From assembly GCF_006345805.1 (NCBI RefSeq), contig NC_042998.1, forward strand, positions 125,488,001 through 125,552,000: a stretch of DNA of 64,000 nt. The letters are read 5' to 3'. A program made the translations under genes and the position numbers. The stretch comes from Octopus sinensis (Eukaryota). Under the pieces are notes generated by a model. That model did not search any database, had not been told where the DNA came from, and worked only from the letters and a program-made list of their open reading frames with translations. Below, piece by piece: positions 53,835-59,800 of the stretch; the stretch's first letter is position 1; each line of letters opens with the position of its first letter.

Positions 53835-56800
53835 TACGACAAAATGAATTGTTTCTAAAGCTAAAGATATGTTTACAATAAAACTACATAATAGAAAGGA
53901 ACAAAGAGAAATATACAACTGTATTTCATATCTAGCATTTGACAACAAAATACTTTGAAAGAAACAATAATTGACACACAAGTAGAGAAGTTGACACCAA
54001 AAGCAGAAATAAACATAAATACTAAGCACACTGTGTAATCTTACCTATATCTTCACTGGTCCAAATGTTTGGAAGGTATAGAGTGCTATGAATTAACATT
54101 AGAAACAAAAAGGAAGTGACTACATGGAGCATTGTCTACAGCCTGAATATAAATGATATAATATACAACATAATAACCCAAACATAAATTAGGATAAATT
54201 GTGAAATAAGAAAGATTTGATGTCTTTGTATTGTCAGCGATGGTTATTCCATTACTATTTAATGCAAATAGCACCCCATAACATTTGATTGCTTCAGTAT
54301 TAGTTGGTGTCAATGATTTTACTCAGATATAGGATTATTCACTGAGTTGGTATCAGTAAGCAACAGTAGCACATATATAATTAATGTTTTGTTAGGTAAC
54401 ATTTCTTCATTCAAGTCCTCCTTTTGGCCTTGAGAAACTATAAGGGAGCTGCTCCAAGACTCGGCCTCAGACCAGAGTTTTCAACTTTTCAATCAGCTCT
54501 ACAAGAGGATCTGTATCATTTCAGAAAATGTGCAGATATAATAATTTGTATGTGACAGTCTGAATAATCCTTCTCACCTTCTGAGAGACAACAATCACAA
54601 GATAACCAGATAATACCAGCTTTATATTAAATATATTTTGTTGCAAATCATAGATACAAAAATAGTTTCAGAGTCCTTTAAAACAAAGTATTAACTTGTC
54701 ACAAAGGGATTATGAACGCTTGGGTTTCCTTTAAAATTTTCTTTGTTAGTTATCTCCTCAGAAATGCTTATGTTGTGTTCCTTTATGTCTGGTAACTTAA
54801 TTCAAGAAACAGAAATAAAATAAGCATCAGACTAAAATAAGTACATAGATCAATATGATTGAATCACTGAAGACAATGCCCCAACATGGCCACAGTCCAA
54901 TAACTGAAATCAATAAAAGAATAAAAGCATGTATACATATGAGTGTGCGAACAAATTAAAGAAAGTAGCACTCGAAACATTTGGGAGGAATTACAAATAT
55001 TTCTAACAACAGTTTGACTCAGCTCCTATCACAAAGTTTGTAGGACTTGTATATCTTATTAGATGCTTAGAGCAAAATATTAACTAGAAGGCCTCTTAAA
55101 AATATACAATAGAAAGGAAATAAATGAAGATATTACTAGCTGTAGGAAAATGATTCTTCATGCATCATTTGGAATCAAATTTTACACTTCCTTACACATA
55201 AAAACATAAGTACTAATTACAAAAAGAAAGCAAAAACAGAAAACAAAGACCAGAAAAGATCAAATTACTTAGAATTTATAAAAAAAAACTTGTCTCTTCT
55301 ATGATACAAAGCTTTAGACTACAACGGACTAAAAGCAACCCTAAGTGATGTATTAAGTCTAAGACCCATAACTTGAGTCCAAGAAAATCAATATTCAATC
55401 AAAAAATATTTTATTTTTATATTTAGCTTCTGCACAAGAGTAATCTAGTCTGGAATTTAAAGTTAAAATGTAACGTAATGATACACTTGGTTAGCATTCT
55501 AATATGCAGTTGAGTCTTTACATGAAATCATTTGAGTGAACCAGTAATGTTATGTTAATATTCCTTGTGTAACAAATAATTCTGTAGCTCTGTAATTTCC
55601 CTTAATGGACAATTAGGACAAGGGAAATAATCATCACTTCTTGATATTTGGTGGGATTAGTGATTTGAATTTGAAATTAAGGAAGAAGGTAAAAGATGCA
55701 CAGATTGAATATGTTTAATTTTCCCTTTTATTGCTTACTTATAACAAAGTCTTAAAATTCCTAGTCTTAGGTAGTCGTGTATAGCATGATTTCATACTTT
55801 TAAGAAAAAGATCTCTTACTTGAAAAACAGGTAATGGCTAGTGACTGGAAGGGCCGCCATTTGTAAAAATAATGCCTTAATAAGTATCTGTCCAAACAAT
55901 GCTAACATGTAAAAACTGAGATAAAATGAACAGAAAAGTGGCTGAGAAACAAGACAATATCTGAATAGGTTCCACTGTTGTAGCATATAAAGAAAACTTG
56001 TATGTAATTTGGCAACTATGTTCACCCTAGTGTCACACATTTCACCTGTGTTCATATTAACAAAGGCCTTATTAATATGCTTCTCTTGAATAGACTTACA
56101 GGTAATGCATCTTGCCTGTGCATTTTATTATTAACACTTAGTCTTCTCTGATTGAGCAGATCTAGGATCAGAGACATTTAAATTGTGGTCAGCTCATATT
56201 TTTGCAAGGCATACTGTATGCAGAACTACTTTATCCAACAAATCTTCTTTTTTTAAGACAGTCGAGTGTGATATATTTGTAGCAGGTTAAATAACCATGC
56301 AGAAATTCTTTTATTAAATCATGCATGGTTTGTGACACTCACTGCTAAAAACAAAATATAGTGTAAAATGAGGTGTGTAGAAAGAAGGAATTTTAAACTG
56401 ATTGTACAATCACTGTTCTGTTAGAGTGAATGACAAGCAGATGCAGCAGGTGTAAAGAGGGCATGGCTACTTACACTGCATGTTAGTTAAGTATCATCAT
56501 TGAAACATCAATACTTCCAAGCTGAAATTGGTTAGTTGGTACTGTCATAAGCAGGTTACCAACTGTTTTGGTTATTTGTAATCTCTTCAATGAGGACCAG
56601 AATCCTTGGATATGACTCCACTGTTTTCTCATATTCTTTTCCTACAGCTCCATTGACAGTGCACACACTTTATCACCTAGAACTAATTCATTTCATTGAC
56701 AATATCTGTCCATCTCTTTTCACAACTTTGAAATTTATATCTTCAATTTCATGGAAAAGTCAGATGTTTAGAAATTTTTAAGAGTTTCATAAATACATGT

Positions 56801-59800
56801 ATTCTTCCTAGAACCATTAGTTTGTTCTCAATTTGAAATGATAGACTGTGAGTAACTGGAGTAAAATTACACACACACACACACAATTCACTCATTTAAT
56901 ATTTTGAAGATAATCTGAGTGAGAACAAATTTTAGTTCAGCAGTCCAGGTCAATTGGTAAAGTTGAAACTTAAGATAAATCTCTATTTTATAGGCCATTA
57001 TTCAGATTTTAAATTTTGACAAAACAGAATTCATTTAAACTATTACTGAAATAATAATCAGGAATCTATGTAAAAGCAGAAATTAATTAATTAATTAATG
57101 TATACACACATACTTGCATTTATTTATTTTTATAAGTAACATTGCTACATACATATTTGCTAAGCATTAAATCATATTTTTACATTCAAAACACTCGACC
57201 ACATGGTTCCAGGTTTCAATCTCACTGTGTAATACCTTGGGCAAGTGTCTTCTACTATAGCCTCAGGCCAACCAAAGCCTTGTAAGTGGATTTGGTAGAT
57301 AGAAACTGAAAGAAGCTCAATGTATGTGTGCGCGTCTTTGTCTCCCCACCCCCATATGCTTGACAACAGATGTTTGTGTGTTTATGCTCCTATAGCTTAG
57401 TAGTTTGGCAACAGAGACCAATAGAATAAGTACCAGGCTGAAAAAAAAAGTACTGGGGTCGATTCATTTGACTAAAAATTCTTCAAAGTAGTGTCCCAGC
57501 TTGGCCACAATCTAGTGACTGAAACAAGTAAAAGATAAAAGATATATGATCATTCTTTGTCCAGTTAGCTTTACCATATAAGCATGGATTGGATGGGTCA
57601 CACACACACACACACATTACAATATTCAAGTTAGTATCAGGAATATGTAACAAAAGGATGTTTTGATTGGACAGCTTGATTAAAAGACCATACCAGTTTG
57701 GGAAAATTTGATTGATGACAATAAATAATTAAATAAATAAATAAATAACAATTCTAAACATTAGACATAATATTCTACAAAGAACATGCTAAGACCAGAA
57801 TAGTTAATTAAGACAACAAAGGAGGCAAGAACGAAGTCATGCTGTGAGCATATAAATAATGACACGTAAGCTATTTCACTGCAGTGGCAGCAACAACATA
57901 AAAAAAACAATTGGTAGATCGCCACTTACCTTCTACTACAGAGAACAGAACAGAACAGAAGCAGAAGAAAAAAAAATCAGTTAAGATGCAACATGGAATT
58001 AATGAAGAGAGAAATGAAAGAAGTTTGCATGCATGTAGGTGCATGGTATTCATATGTATGTGTGTGTGTGTGAGAAAGAGAGAGTATATGGAATGGAAAT
58101 GAAAAAGGGCAGTTTTGTAGATAACACAGAAAAGGAACATAATCAATAAACATAAACCTTGTAAAGCTTATATTGTATTTAGTGGAAAAACCTCAACCTT
58201 CCAACATAAATAACAACTTGACTGCAAATTTCCAATTAATTAGTGAACTCAACTACCAACATATAAAAAAAAAAGTTTAGATATAATGAATGGGCTACCA
58301 ATTCATGGAATCTGATTTAACATTTAGTTTTTAACCCACTTCACATAATTAGAAATAAGAAGACTGATTATATTCTTAAAAAGGTAAGATTACCAAATTA
58401 CTTTTTAAAATGTAAATACTTGACAATAATATACAAAGTTTCATAATATTAGTGTAAAACTTTTTAACATATCAAGGCAGTGCTCCAGCAGGGCCACAAT
58501 CAAATGACTGAAACAAGTAAAAGAATAAAAGAATAGTCTTTTTCCTTCTGTTATGTTCTTTGAAAGCAGAACTACAATTCAGTTATCCAGTATGTTTCAG
58601 GTGTTTATTGTCATTAATAATTCTAAACAATTAATTAAAGGTGATGAACACCTTTCTAATACAGATATCACCACATAATATTCTTTGAACTAAGTACAAT
58701 GCTCTACTTCATTCCATTACCACTTAAAGATAGGTTCTACTCTCATTTTATATTTTAGTGGCTGGCAACAGGAAAAGCAGAAAGTTAAATCACATATTGC
58801 ATCACTTTATGTAAATGTTTTCTTAAATTCATTCAACTATTGCTACAAGAGAATTAAGTAACATGTGTAAAGAAGTGCTGATCTCTAACTGTAGAGGGAA
58901 CCTGTGGTAGAAGTAAATCTAAGAAGACATGGGACAAGGTGGTGAAGCATGATCTTCAAACTTTGGGCCTCATGGAGGCAAATGACCAGTGACCAAAACC
59001 TTTGGTAATATGCTGTGTCTGAGAAGACCCATCAAGCCAAGTGAAATCATAGTTGTGGCTAATACTGATCTCACATAACTCACAAGTAAAGAGCACCTTT
59101 CAAGTGTTGGGCCTCATGGAGGGAATGTGGCTGATGCCAATGGCACATGAAAAAGCACCTTTCGAGTATTGGATCTCACAGAGGTATTGACAAATGACCA
59201 AGACCATTGGCATTATGAGAAGTCCCCTCAAACTAAGCAAAATTGTAGTTGTAGCAGATACCAGTGTCAGGCAGCTGACACATAAAAGCACCCATTACAC
59301 TCTTGGAGTGGTTGGTGTTAGGAAGGGCACCTCAACTTGCCAGCCCTGATCAAACTGTCCAATCCATGCCAGCATGGACAATGGATGTTAAATGATGATG
59401 ATAATGATGAATACAACCCTCCACTCTACAAAGAATAAAACACAACTTTAGTCTCTTTTTCATTTAATTTTTTGTAAAACATTCTAATCTAATAAATTCT
59501 CATTTTAAACAGACATATGGATGACAGAATTAAATTGGCAACTTTACCATGATAAATGGTTCTGTGGAATAACAAATTCCTTAACCTAAATTGTTAAAAT
59601 TGCAAACTATTGTTTCCAACTCATACATTAATTTTAAGATACACTAAAACTAAAATTGGAGTTAAATTAACTCTATAAATTAATAATACACCCCAGGAAG
59701 ATTAATAAAATTTGTCATAACTAAAAATGTCACCCATTTAAGAGCAATGAAAATTCTTATGTTAATTTCTTCAAGACAATCATTGTCTTTAAGGGTGTGC

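Noticed and set aside
55819-55862. ATGGCGGCC start-like context followed by a donor ([13 protein letters not shown]), as an alternative first exon
   Set aside because: Ends in phase 2 while the next exon needs phase 1; no promoter evidence
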